A DNA stretch of 64,000 nt from assembly GCA_963677495.2 (NCBI GenBank), contig CAXXOU010000001.1:192001-256000 (forward strand), written 5' to 3'. Under the pieces are notes generated by a model. The model had not been told where the DNA came from, did not search any database, and saw nothing but the letters and a program-made list of their open reading frames with translations. The position numbers and the translations under genes were made by a program. This document shows positions 31,401 through 40,138 of the stretch, in pieces; positions within the stretch are counted from its first letter, which is position 1; each line of letters begins with the position of its first letter. Source of the stretch: Candidatus Cloacimonadales bacterium (lineage in GTDB: Bacteria; Cloacimonadota; Cloacimonadia; Cloacimonadales; JAFGVF01).

Positions 31401-31557
31401 TGATTGCACCATCTTTAAATAGAACTATGTTCACATAAGATAACGCTTCTCCATCCTCGGTCTTAACTTTAACAGCTAGGGTACCTGTTTCTTGTGCAAC
31501 CAAAGATAAACTTCCAAAAAGCAAAACAAAGAACAATATTGAAGCTATCTTTCGCAT
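28474..31557 (-). CDS. TonB-dependent receptor-like outer-membrane barrel (carboxypeptidase-regulatory-like N-domain, plug, barrel)
   Basis: VRGGRTGEVVYSVDGM...TGGFTAEFGNAQSGIVSIVTKSG plug; SPRLGVSHPI; GNPKLEPQ; terminal Phe. Confidence 0.92.
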   Translation of the reverse strand: MRKIASILFFVLLFGSLSLVAQETGTLAVKVKTEDGEALSYVNIVLFKDGAITQIGGMTKKNGTCKIINIPPGVYDARVSKMSFHTVTIEGIRINAGSVSTQNAKLVKSSVKIEGVTIKAVKDKVDTKQVGSQKRIEVDNLSEQAVDDVSDILGNIAGISVSGDGVRVRGGRTGEVVYSVDGMSVSDPVDGGAALSVDTDAIADMNVMTGGFTAEFGNAQSGIVSIVTKSGSRNYSGKIEYSTDHLIIDENSNFDLLRFAIGGPVLGYGFGKLRNNLTFFLNGSGQWTDGRFKDNWKSDPNDDFILNGTPLLEYDYDEYDPYENREDFLWTETGQRNYNSYNLNFKTKYQITPRTKVTLAVRGDREVNDSYSHGDQYALQHNGQSEVNQRQYVVNFDQVFNPQMNLKIKASYYNKTTDYAPKGVDRDSYIYQTTNNSDIYNADGTVDQEALDAYVDDVFSNYVIGDIGAGWDTIAQTGNIMAGFPSYEEWVYEYPLTGMDTSGSIPYTYPGTIADTFINDETTTASFKADFEYMINDIHQAKTGLEFIQHDINKDQLGGFLSISNTRMEDYLKNVYDTSSYIDLDDTADMASIPDQLAHVEQIDTTGVVANDYIFVYKPDDYYSAAQAGSGVSNGYKANPLQGAYYLQDRMEWEGMIVNLGLRLDYWYLGQGYEKLLDDGTYEDVDFVDDLGFDESDLHQLMLSPRLGVSHPISERDVLRFAYNYQNQLPPMAYIFTSRTPDDANDNAGITVGNPKLEPQITVTYEVGLTHQVSEDYVLDVTTYYKNIYNYVSTEKKTQEDQEQVYWYEYISQDYGSARGIDLSLTKFMSNFWTGSVAYSLAWAEGNSSATVIQDYNTNYREFPLDWDVRHDVKLNLTFRIDRGEEFIIPGTSWILPFSDFSTNFSANFTTARPYTPVSENDETLDTNSERMEPTMNTNLRITKGWAFGKRFKLRAYCDISNLFKYNNISYVYPKTGNPNWDGSNDAITTNEGYVVPEDQFVRESVVNNPSYENNERRVTVGVAFNF

Positions 31558-31670
31558 CAATTAATCCTCCCTTTCTATTTCACAATATCATTGTTTTCGT
31601 AAAATTATCCATTCTACCAAAAAACGAATGGAATAACTTAAATGTCAATAAATTTTCTGCAAGCACTTGT

Positions 31671-32492
31671 TTATTTACGGAAATTCCAGCTGTCTGTACC
31701 ATATTTACTCTCTGTTAATTCTTCCATTAGCTTTCTCTCATATTCACTGATTCCTGATTCAATTACGAATTCATCTGAACTCCATTGCTCCTGAAATCCT
31801 TGAACTAATTTTTCCGTTACTTCCTCGTAAGAATAATTGTTAATCTGTGCTTGATTAATCGAAATTGTCTTTCTCTGCAAGAATCTGGCCAACTTCTCTT
31901 TCTTCTCCGTTTCCAGTCCGGGTACTAACCATGCAACTTCTGCCTGGTTTTCATGAAGAAGGATTGAGCCATGTTGTAATAGCATATCTCCCTTTCGAAC
32001 TTGAGCACTCCCTACTATTTTCTTTCCAAGACACTTTAGTTCATATCTAGAAGTACTTGTAAAGCAGGGATTAGCATTCACTCTCTGCTCTGAAGCAGTA
32101 AGCTCACCTTTCTCAAATTCGATCGGTACACCAAGGTTCTTTAAACCTGTAGCTAATGCTTTACTGATCTCCGCGTAAGTATCAGTTATTCCTCCCTCAA
32201 ATTTCTCAATCGAAGGAGTTATAACAGCATACGTTACTTCGTTTTTGTGCAGAACAACTCTACCACCGGTTGGTCTTCGCACAAATCCATAACCCCGACT
32301 TTCCAGTTCACCGAGGTCAATCTCATCCAATGCTCTTTGGTTAAAACCGCACGACACTGTCGCCGGTTCCCAATCATAAAAACGTATTGTAGGTAAACTC
32401 TCCCCCGCCTCAATAGCCATCATGATTGCTTCATCAATAGCCATGTTTTCGGCTGAGTTAAATCTACCGTGGACTATAACTCTCCACTTCAT
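31671..32492 (-). CDS. Lipoate-protein ligase A family / LipM-like octanoyltransferase
   Basis: NMAIDEA, VRRPTGGRVVLH, CF, KKIVGSAQ, LQHGSI. Confidence 0.9.
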   Translation of the reverse strand: MKWRVIVHGRFNSAENMAIDEAIMMAIEAGESLPTIRFYDWEPATVSCGFNQRALDEIDLGELESRGYGFVRRPTGGRVVLHKNEVTYAVITPSIEKFEGGITDTYAEISKALATGLKNLGVPIEFEKGELTASEQRVNANPCFTSTSRYELKCLGKKIVGSAQVRKGDMLLQHGSILLHENQAEVAWLVPGLETEKKEKLARFLQRKTISINQAQINNYSYEEVTEKLVQGFQEQWSSDEFVIESGISEYERKLMEELTESKYGTDSWNFRK

Positions 32493-33508
32493 ATATTAAT
32501 CAATTTTACCTTTTCGGCATCTTTTTTCTTTTCTATAACACCTATTTTTTTCACAGGTAATTTTGCCATCATCTCATTTGCTACTGTTTCAGGACATACA
32601 ACTATGTAACCAACACCCATATTAAAAGCACTGTATGATTCATATGAATCAACCTTTCCTGCATCCACTAAAAGCTTGAACAGTTCAGGTGTTTCCCAAG
32701 TTGCAACATCAACTACTGCTGTTAGTCCATCAGGGATTACACGTTTAAGATTCCCAACGATACCGCCACCTGTGATATGCGCCATGCCATGTGTTTGTTC
32801 TGGTTCAAGGAAGTTCTTCAAATATGGAAGGTATGATTTGTGTATCTTTAGAAATGCTTCTGCAACTGTTTCATCCATTCCCGGTAAGAGTGAATCATGC
32901 TTAAGATTAAGAATATCAAAAGCAATAGCACGAGCTAAAGAATAGCCGTTTGTATGCAAACCGGTTGATTCAAAACCAAGCACTACATCACCTTCTTCAA
33001 TATTATCACCTGTAATAATTTTTTTCTTTTCAACAAGACCTACAATTGTTCCTGCTAAATCAAAATCGTCCGGATCATATATCCCCGGCATCTCAGCCAT
33101 CTCACCACCGATAAGAGCCATATCATTTTCTTTACAAGCCTTACAAAAACCTGATATGATTGACTCAATATTCTGAGGATTAAGTTTTCCTACTCCAATA
33201 TAATCAAGGAAGTATTGTGGGATTGCACCCTGAACAAGAATATCATTTACACAATGGTTCACCAAGTCCTGACCAACTGTGTCATAAACTCCGGCCATTC
33301 CTGCAACCATTATCTTTGTTCCAACACCATCAGCACTTGAGACCAAAACAGGCTCTTTCCAGCTTGTAAGGTCAACTTGGTATAAACCACCAAATCCACC
33401 AATTTGAGTTAGGACATTCTTATTAAATGTTGATTTAACTAAAGGCTTAATTCTATCTACAGACTCCTCACCCGCCTTAATATCTACACCTGATTTCTTA
33501 TAATCCAT
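32489..33508 (-). CDS. purM: Phosphoribosylformylglycinamidine cyclo-ligase (AIR synthetase); start revised to ATG 33508
   Basis: MDYKKSGVDI, DGVGTK, GLHTNGYSL, AHITGGG, FNMGVG. Confidence 0.95.
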   Translation of the reverse strand: MDYKKSGVDIKAGEESVDRIKPLVKSTFNKNVLTQIGGFGGLYQVDLTSWKEPVLVSSADGVGTKIMVAGMAGVYDTVGQDLVNHCVNDILVQGAIPQYFLDYIGVGKLNPQNIESIISGFCKACKENDMALIGGEMAEMPGIYDPDDFDLAGTIVGLVEKKKIITGDNIEEGDVVLGFESTGLHTNGYSLARAIAFDILNLKHDSLLPGMDETVAEAFLKIHKSYLPYLKNFLEPEQTHGMAHITGGGIVGNLKRVIPDGLTAVVDVATWETPELFKLLVDAGKVDSYESYSAFNMGVGYIVVCPETVANEMMAKLPVKKIGVIEKKKDAEKVKLINI

Positions 33509-33518
33509 ATTCTCCTCG

Positions 33519-34415
33519 TTACATTGAGATAATGTCAATTACACACTTTTTTCTTGCTTCTATGATTTCTTCAGTTGCTTTAAGTAGTCCATCTGCACTG
33601 AAAGATTCTACATCAAGTGACGCCATTACTGTACCATAGATAACAGCTTCTTTTACATTCTTGGGAGTAAACTCACCCTTGCCCGCAAGGAATCCCATGA
33701 ATCCACCTGCAAAACTGTCACCAGCTCCAGTAGGATCTACAACTTTCTTTACCGGATAAACAGGAGCGAAGAACAGCATATCTTTCATTATTGCCATTGC
33801 ACCATATTCTCCTCTTTTGAGAAGTACAAGTTTTGGACCGTAGGCAAGGATATCATCTGCTGCGTCGTAAACATTGCTTCTTCCGGTCAGCATCTTTGCT
33901 TCATCTTCATTCACGAAAACAATGTCAATCTTCTTAATAACTTCAATCAACTCATCTTTGGCAATATCAATCCAGAGATTCATTGTATCCATAGCAGTGA
34001 GTTTACAACATTCTAATTGATTAAGCACATTCAATTGTAAAGCAGGATGAATGTTTCCTAAAAAGAGGAATTCATTAGTCGCATATTCTTCTGAAAGTAC
34101 AGGATTAAAATCAGCAAATACGTTAAGTTGGGTATCAAGTGTTTCTGCTCTATTCAGATCATTATAAACACCTTTCCATCTAAATGTTTCACCTTTTGCT
34201 ACTTCGATACCGGATGTATCAATTCCTTTACTATTCAACATTTCAATATTCTTGTGGTCGTAATCCTCCCCAACAACACCAACAACACAAGGTTTACAAA
34301 AGCTACTAGCTGCTATTGATGCGTATAGAGATGAACCACCGAGAGCATCCTCTACTTCTCCAAATGGGGTTTTGATGCTATCAAGTGCAATTGAACCGAC
34401 TAATGTCAATTTCAT
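33519..34415 (-). CDS. PfkB/ribokinase family kinase
   Basis: LGGS near N-terminus, NEDE, DPTGAGDSFAGG. Confidence 0.93.
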   Translation of the reverse strand: MKLTLVGSIALDSIKTPFGEVEDALGGSSLYASIAASSFCKPCVVGVVGEDYDHKNIEMLNSKGIDTSGIEVAKGETFRWKGVYNDLNRAETLDTQLNVFADFNPVLSEEYATNEFLFLGNIHPALQLNVLNQLECCKLTAMDTMNLWIDIAKDELIEVIKKIDIVFVNEDEAKMLTGRSNVYDAADDILAYGPKLVLLKRGEYGAMAIMKDMLFFAPVYPVKKVVDPTGAGDSFAGGFMGFLAGKGEFTPKNVKEAVIYGTVMASLDVESFSADGLLKATEEIIEARKKCVIDIISM

Positions 34416-34618
34416 TCATTACTCCTATCTATGACTGTATTATTGTTTGATTTTCCAAAACTGAGGATAGATTTCAGACGTTCTCCTGAGAAACCTCTAA
34501 TAATTACTATTATAAGGATAAAGGCAGCCATTTTGATAAGCAGCTTTTTCCAGGACCTTTTCACCTTTTTGTGACGATCCTCTAAACGAGTTTGAATCTT
34601 CCCTCTAAAATTATCCAT
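34412..34618 (-). CDS. Small basic single-pass membrane protein
   Basis: Overlaps both neighbours by 1-4 nt (translational coupling); one hydrophobic helix. Confidence 0.7.
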   Translation of the reverse strand: MDNFRGKIQTRLEDRHKKVKRSWKKLLIKMAAFILIIVIIRGFSGERLKSILSFGKSNNNTVIDRSNE

Positions 34619-35823
34619 TAAGCTTTAAGACTGAGCATTCCCTCTTTGAAACGCTTTGCACCTTCAGCAAGATTCTCCATACTATTTGCATATGAGAATC
34701 TCACATAATTATCAGCACCGAAAGCACTACCGGGTACGACTGCAATCTGGTAATTCTCAAGCAAATAAGCACAAAGTTCATTACTATTTGTAACACCTTT
34801 TGCATGATTGTTCAGATATGTACTAATATCAACCATCATGTAAAATGCACCCGAGGGCTGGGAACATTGAACTTCAGGAGTCTTAAGCAGTTCGTTTCTA
34901 AGGAAGTCTTTTCTCTTTTCAAATTCAAGTCGCATATTCTCAACTGAACCATCATCTTCAGCAAGAGCTGCCACACCGGCTTTCTGACTAATTGCAGATG
35001 CACATGATGTTGTATGAGCCTGAACTCTACCGATTGCTCCGGCAACATCAAGAGGAGCAGCTAAATATCCTAGTCTCCAACCTGTCATTGCGTATGCTTT
35101 TGAGAATCCATTGATAACAATTGTATTCTCTTTAACTTCTTCTGAAAGTGATGCAATAGAAACATGTTTCACACCATCGTAAACAAGTTTCTCATAAATC
35201 TCATCAGAGATAATTGCAATGTTATGTCTAAGGCAAACACCTGCAATAGAAACAAGCTCTGCTTTTGTATATACAGCACCGGTTGGATTTCCCGGAGTGT
35301 TAAGAATAAGTGCTTTTGCTCTTGGATTGTTTATAATAAGCTCTTCCAGCTTTTCGGCATCAATCTTGAAGCCATCTTCAATTGTTGTTTCTAAATATAA
35401 TGGCTCAGCTTCTGCCATCTCTATCTGGTATGGATAGCTGACCCAATAAGGTGTCTGTACAATCACCTGGTCATGCACATCACAAATTGCTCTTAAAGCA
35501 AATGCGATAGAAGCTTTTGCTCCTGGGGACACAATAATCTGCTTTGGATCATAATTCAACCCGTTCTCTTTCTCCAGTTTATCACAGATAAGCTGTTTCA
35601 GTTCAGGAATACCGGGAGTCGGAGTATAACGAGTGAAGTTCTCATCAATCGCCTGTTTGGCATAATCTTTTATATATTCTGGTGTATTAAAATCAGGTTC
35701 ACCAACTCCAAAGTTGATAACATTCACACCCTCTTTACGCATTTGATTGGCTTTAGCTGCAATAGCTAAAGTCGGAGATGGTTTAATCCGTCTTATCTGG
35801 CGGGACAATTGAATAGGCATCAT
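34618..35823 (-). CDS. aspC: Aspartate aminotransferase family (PLP class I/II)
   Basis: GEPDF, NPTG, SDEIY, SKAYAMTGWRLGY, VPGSAFG, RFSYA. Confidence 0.92.
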   Translation of the reverse strand: MMPIQLSRQIRRIKPSPTLAIAAKANQMRKEGVNVINFGVGEPDFNTPEYIKDYAKQAIDENFTRYTPTPGIPELKQLICDKLEKENGLNYDPKQIIVSPGAKASIAFALRAICDVHDQVIVQTPYWVSYPYQIEMAEAEPLYLETTIEDGFKIDAEKLEELIINNPRAKALILNTPGNPTGAVYTKAELVSIAGVCLRHNIAIISDEIYEKLVYDGVKHVSIASLSEEVKENTIVINGFSKAYAMTGWRLGYLAAPLDVAGAIGRVQAHTTSCASAISQKAGVAALAEDDGSVENMRLEFEKRKDFLRNELLKTPEVQCSQPSGAFYMMVDISTYLNNHAKGVTNSNELCAYLLENYQIAVVPGSAFGADNYVRFSYANSMENLAEGAKRFKEGMLSLKA

Positions 35824-35845
35824 ATCTCCTTTCGCGTTTACTCTA

Positions 35846-36832
35846 CTATCTAGAGAGTAATAAAACTAACGCTGTTGTATTATAAATATCTTCCCAAGAA
35901 CATCCACGAGACAAATCGCATACAGGTGCTGCTAAACCTTGAATAACAGGGCCAATAGCTTCCGCTTTAGCAAATCTTTGAACAAGTTTATAACCAATAT
36001 TACCTGCCTGAAGGTCAGGGAATATAAGTACATTAGCGTGTCCTGCAATAGTGCTTCCGGGAGCTTTCTTTGAACCTACTGACGGAATAACCGCAGCATC
36101 AAGCTGTAACTCACCTTCGAGTTCGAAGTCCGGGTTTCTTGATTCTATAATTTCTTTTGCTTGTAAAACTTTGTCAACTAATTCGTGCTTTGCACTTCCC
36201 TTAGTTGAGAAGGAAAGGAGAGCTACTTTAGGATCGTCACCAATAAGAGAGCGACGTGTAGCTGCTGTTGAAATTGCAATATCAGCTAACTGATTAGCGT
36301 CCGGATTTGGGACCACCGCACAGTCACCGAAGAGGAATATTTTGTCACTTCCAAGGAAGTCAGGTGTCACCATAATGAAACTACTTGAAACAGTTTTAAG
36401 TCCAGGTTTAACACCAACAACTTGAAGAGCTGCTCTTAGTACATCGCCTGTAGTATTAGCAGCACCGGCTACCATACCATTAACGATTCCATATTTCACA
36501 AGTAGTGCACCAAAGAATAATGGTTGTTTAACTGTTTCTATTGCCTGCTCTTTTGTGACACCTTTCTTCTTACGTTTCTCGAAAAAGAAATCTGCGAATT
36601 CAGCAATGTCATAATTCTCAGGATTAATAATCTCAGCATTTGAAATATTTAGTTCAAGCTCTTCTGCTTTCGCCTTAATAATTGATTCTTCACCTACAAG
36701 TACAACTCCTGCCATCTCCTCTTTGAGTACAGCTTCTGTTGCGCGTAATGTTCTTTCATCATAAGCTTCAGGAAAAACTACCTTTCCCTTAAGAGCTTTG
36801 GCTTTCATCCTAAAATCAGCTAAAACGTCCAT
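35846..36832 (-). CDS. pta: Phosphate acetyltransferase (short form)
   Basis: DCAVVPNP, LSFSTKGS, GELQLDAA, FPDLQAGNIGYK, DLSRG. Confidence 0.96.
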   Translation of the reverse strand: MDVLADFRMKAKALKGKVVFPEAYDERTLRATEAVLKEEMAGVVLVGEESIIKAKAEELELNISNAEIINPENYDIAEFADFFFEKRKKKGVTKEQAIETVKQPLFFGALLVKYGIVNGMVAGAANTTGDVLRAALQVVGVKPGLKTVSSSFIMVTPDFLGSDKIFLFGDCAVVPNPDANQLADIAISTAATRRSLIGDDPKVALLSFSTKGSAKHELVDKVLQAKEIIESRNPDFELEGELQLDAAVIPSVGSKKAPGSTIAGHANVLIFPDLQAGNIGYKLVQRFAKAEAIGPVIQGLAAPVCDLSRGCSWEDIYNTTALVLLLSR

Positions 36833-36938
36833 TATTGTCTCCTCTAATGATAATTTTTTTTACATTTTTAACTCCACATTTTTTGTCAACACTAACAGTG
36901 TTTTTTATACTATATAGTGTAATTATTGAGATCCTCAC

Positions 36939-36974
36939 CAGACCTGCACCGTGGCGAAGTATGGGGCGGGAATG
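36939..36974 (+). repeat. REP half-copy at the 3' end of the RAYT gene
   Basis: cagacctgcaccgtggcgaagtatggggcgggaatg matches the first half of the repeats at 37633 and 39475. Confidence 0.85.
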
Positions 36975-36999
36975 ATGCGAACAGAACCTAATACTTTTC

Positions 37000-37574
37000 T
37001 CAATCAAGCATCAGTTCAGTAAATTGTGTGCTAGATAGATACTCTTCATAGCTTTTAAGATTCTCTGAATAATTTTCAAACTCTTCAGGATACATTTCTA
37101 GCAACTCATTTGAGAATAGAGTTCCTTTCCTTAAACCAACTATTTCGTGATAATTAGAAAACTCCCAATCCCGAATATCTTTAACTAAACCGGCTTTTAC
37201 CGGATTATAATGAATATACTTACAAAGTTGTAACAGATAGTTATCTTTTATCACACGTTTACTTTGCAACCTATCCTCCATTAATTGACCTTTACATTTG
37301 TACTTATGATTGTAATGAAGCGAGTAGGAGGTTAATGTATCATTAAAGATTCTATACGTTGGTTTCTCACCTGTTTGTTGAATGCAAAAGTGAAAATGGT
37401 TAGGCATAAGACAGTATGCTAATACTTGGCATGGATATTTTGCTATGTTTTTTTAAGTTTCATAAGAAAGTACATGTAATCACTATCAGATTTGAATAAA
37501 AGCTTCCCTTTTGGGGTTCGATTGTAGAAGTGTATAATACTTCCAGTATAATAATCACTTTCTTTACATTGCAT
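37000..37574 (-). pseudogene. REP-associated tyrosine transposase (RAYT/TnpA-REP, Y1 HUH), frameshifted in an A7 run
   Basis: AAAGGAGG + ATG 37574 gives MQCKESDYYTGSIIHFYNR...MKLKKT*. One extra A at 37448-37454 continues it into ...AYCLMPNHFH...KYIHYNPVKAGLV...WEFSNY. Confidence 0.88.
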
Positions 37575-37632
37575 TTGTCCTCCTTTCTTTTGTCTGGCAT
37601 ACCTATTCGCCTTACTCAAGTAGACACCTTTT

Positions 37633-37730
37633 CAGACCTGCACCGTAGCGTAGCATGGGGCGGGAATGGTAAACTCGAAGCCTTACACCTCGCCCCACAT
37701 TCGCAGCAATACTGCTCACTGCGGTGCAAG
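37633..37730 (+). repeat. ~98-bp REP/REPIN hairpin, copy A
   Basis: Outer stem tgcaccgtag/ctgcggtgca; inner stem tggggcg/cgcccca. Confidence 0.88.
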
Positions 37731-37740
37731 GAGACCACAT

Positions 37741-39369
37741 CTATTTTATCAAAGACACCTTAACAGAACTTAAAATAGTATTCCCGAAGGTTAGCTTACA
37801 TAAGTATACTCCGGAAGCTACCTTATTACCTTTACTATCGACTCCGCCCCAAGTAACTGTTTGATCTCTTTGCACTTTACCTGCATTCAAATTATTAACA
37901 AGTTGTCCTTTCACATTATAAATCTGTATCTCAAGTTTATTATACTCTTTATCTGTCTTTACACTGAATTGCACTGATGGATTGAAGGGATTTGGATATG
38001 CTGTAAACTCAACTCCAGAAGGTGCAAGAATTGTATCATCCGAGATTGATACTGTAGTATCATACAATGATGCATCTCCAGCATATACATAGGCATGTCC
38101 GGCATACTGAGATCCTCTTCCTGGAGCCCCAACTGCTACATCATCACATCCATCATTATTGAAATCACCAATTGCAACGGAAGTCCCAAACTCTGAGCTG
38201 GTGATTATAGGGGCTTCAATTTCATAATCCCGTAGTCCATTGGGATCTTCATTCCCAAAGAAGAAATAGGCCTTTCCTTGATCTAAACTCCAACAAGGAT
38301 CACCTAAAACGATATCAGTGTAGTTATCATTGTTCAGATCTCCATAATAAATGCCATTGTCATAATCTCCATAATTGGATAAGTGTATATCAGGTACTAC
38401 ATTGCTTTGATTCCCACCCAGCCATATTCCCGGGCATGTACCGGCATATTTTTTAGCTCCTACAAAATCATCAACACTATCTCCATTTATATCCCCGCAA
38501 GCAACTCCACCTGGTCGAAAGTTAGTTCCTTGAAAAACAATGTTTGTTAAAATTGTATCAACCACAGTTGCACCATAGATTATTGAGTTTTTGATTAACA
38601 GGTCTTCAGCATCAAAATAGCCAACAATAAAATCATCGAATCCATCACTATTGATATCACCAACCTCTCGTATTGCACTTCCACCTGAATTATCTCCAAT
38701 ACGGTATGGTCCTGTATCCTTCCAAAGCTCTACATAAGGTTCTAATTCATCACCATATAAAAGATAAAAATGGGTAAATGGATTTCCTGAAAAACGACCC
38801 CAGATGACAAATCCGGCATCAGAACAACCATCTCCATCAATATCACCTAAAGGATAAAGTGAAAAAATGTCTTCTATCTCATCATCCCCGGTTCCTCGCA
38901 TTATATCATAACTGAAATCAGGGATTGTATCACAATTTACACCTCCATAGTAAATGTCGATAACAGCTTTTATCTCATAGATTGGGTCTCGACGATATAA
39001 ACCAAGATCATCAAAACCATCACCATTCACATCACCAAAATTATGTATTGACTTACCAAGCCAATTAGCAGTAGAGCCTGTTATAGTTAAATCAGGTGTA
39101 GTTGAAAAACTACTCCCCCCATAATAGAAATATACTTTACCTAAAAAGGCACTTCCTCCTCCCGGCTCATATCCTAAAGAGCCGATAACCAAGTCATCAA
39201 TTCCATCACCATTATAATCCATTGATGTCATGGAGGAACCATAATCTGAATATGGATGTTCTCCTTGGCTTTCCCAAATTAGTTCCATTGAATTCTCTGC
39301 AAAGAGTGTGTTAATCGCTATTAAAAGGATTAATAGCATTAAAAAGTTGTGTCCAATACCTATTTTCAT
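37741..39369 (-). CDS. FG-GAP repeat (integrin-alpha-like beta-propeller) secreted protein with CTD; start likely 39369
   Basis: Repeated GDxNGDGxDD; FGTSVAIGDFNNDGCDDVAVGAP; YPNPFNP...ASGVYL...KVSLIK; GGAGG before MKIGI. Confidence 0.88.
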   Translation of the reverse strand: MKIGIGHNFLMLLILLIAINTLFAENSMELIWESQGEHPYSDYGSSMTSMDYNGDGIDDLVIGSLGYEPGGGSAFLGKVYFYYGGSSFSTTPDLTITGSTANWLGKSIHNFGDVNGDGFDDLGLYRRDPIYEIKAVIDIYYGGVNCDTIPDFSYDIMRGTGDDEIEDIFSLYPLGDIDGDGCSDAGFVIWGRFSGNPFTHFYLLYGDELEPYVELWKDTGPYRIGDNSGGSAIREVGDINSDGFDDFIVGYFDAEDLLIKNSIIYGATVVDTILTNIVFQGTNFRPGGVACGDINGDSVDDFVGAKKYAGTCPGIWLGGNQSNVVPDIHLSNYGDYDNGIYYGDLNNDNYTDIVLGDPCWSLDQGKAYFFFGNEDPNGLRDYEIEAPIITSSEFGTSVAIGDFNNDGCDDVAVGAPGRGSQYAGHAYVYAGDASLYDTTVSISDDTILAPSGVEFTAYPNPFNPSVQFSVKTDKEYNKLEIQIYNVKGQLVNNLNAGKVQRDQTVTWGGVDSKGNKVASGVYLCKLTFGNTILSSVKVSLIK

Positions 39370-39474
39370 ATCTTCCTCCATTGGAGTCTAACTACATATC
39401 TATTAATTACGATTGAATATTAAAACATTGACTAATACTGGCAAGTTCTTTATTTCCTTGCTCCACATTCGCAT

Positions 39475-39596
39475 CAGACCTGCACCGTGGCGTAGCATGG
39501 GGCGGGAATGGTGAAATCAAAGTCTGAACTCCTCACCCCACATTCGCAGTAACACTGTTCACTGCGGTGCAAGTAGACATCTCTCCAGACCTGCAC
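39475..39596 (+). repeat. ~98-bp REP/REPIN hairpin, copy B, plus the start of a further copy
   Basis: Direct repeat of 37633-37730, followed by tagacatctctccagacctgcac. Confidence 0.88.
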
Positions 39597-39670
39597 TAAT
39601 TAACTAACATAACACTACTTGTGCTTCATTTCCTCTACGTCCTACTTCAAGAACTTCTTTTCTCCGTTAA

Positions 39671-39763
39671 ATAAGTTATGCACACGATGTGGATAACTTT
39701 AGGGTTTCATAGGGAGGGTCTAGGGAGGCTATAGGGAGGAACTAGCGAGATTCTAGCGTTTTG
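39671..39763. repeat. Dispersed ~90-bp intergenic repeat, copy 2
   Basis: Near reverse complement of 11172-11263. Confidence 0.9.
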
Positions 39764-40138
39764 TAAAGACTTGCTAAAGAGAAGTATCAGTTTTGAAGCC
39801 ATGAGATAACCCTTTCTTATCATGATTTATAGAATGTGTATGGATTTACTTGTATTGTAGAGATAAACAGGATCGAAACCAGTGTGAGTTTATGAACTTG
39901 AGCCCTAAACATTGTCACCCTGAGCGTAGATGAATGAAGTGAAACGAAATGAACGAAGTCGAACCGACTGAGAGGAGTTCGTAAGCCGATAGGCGCATCA
40001 ACTTCCGGGTCGCTCGGATGGCTTTAGTGGTTAATCTTTTGAAGTATTGACTTATTTGTAGCTTCATCGTTCCCATTAACAATCAATTCATTTGACCAAA
40101 CAACAACTATTGCAAACATTGTATCAGAGGTAAAGATA

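Noticed and set aside
26145..31557. Classical polysaccharide utilisation locus
   Set aside because: No SusD-like lipoprotein, glycoside hydrolase or sensor-regulator; the receptor lacks obvious SusC signatures.
33509..33538. N-terminal extensions given by the ORF track (purM, tsf, pyrH, yggT, lipoprotein, amidohydrolase and others)
   Set aside because: Downstream ATGs have better RBS or family-typical N-termini, and several extensions overlap upstream genes.
37633..39596. Integron attC sites
   Set aside because: No RYYYAAC/GTTRRRY ends and no tyrosine integrase; the adjacent enzyme is a Y1 HUH transposase.
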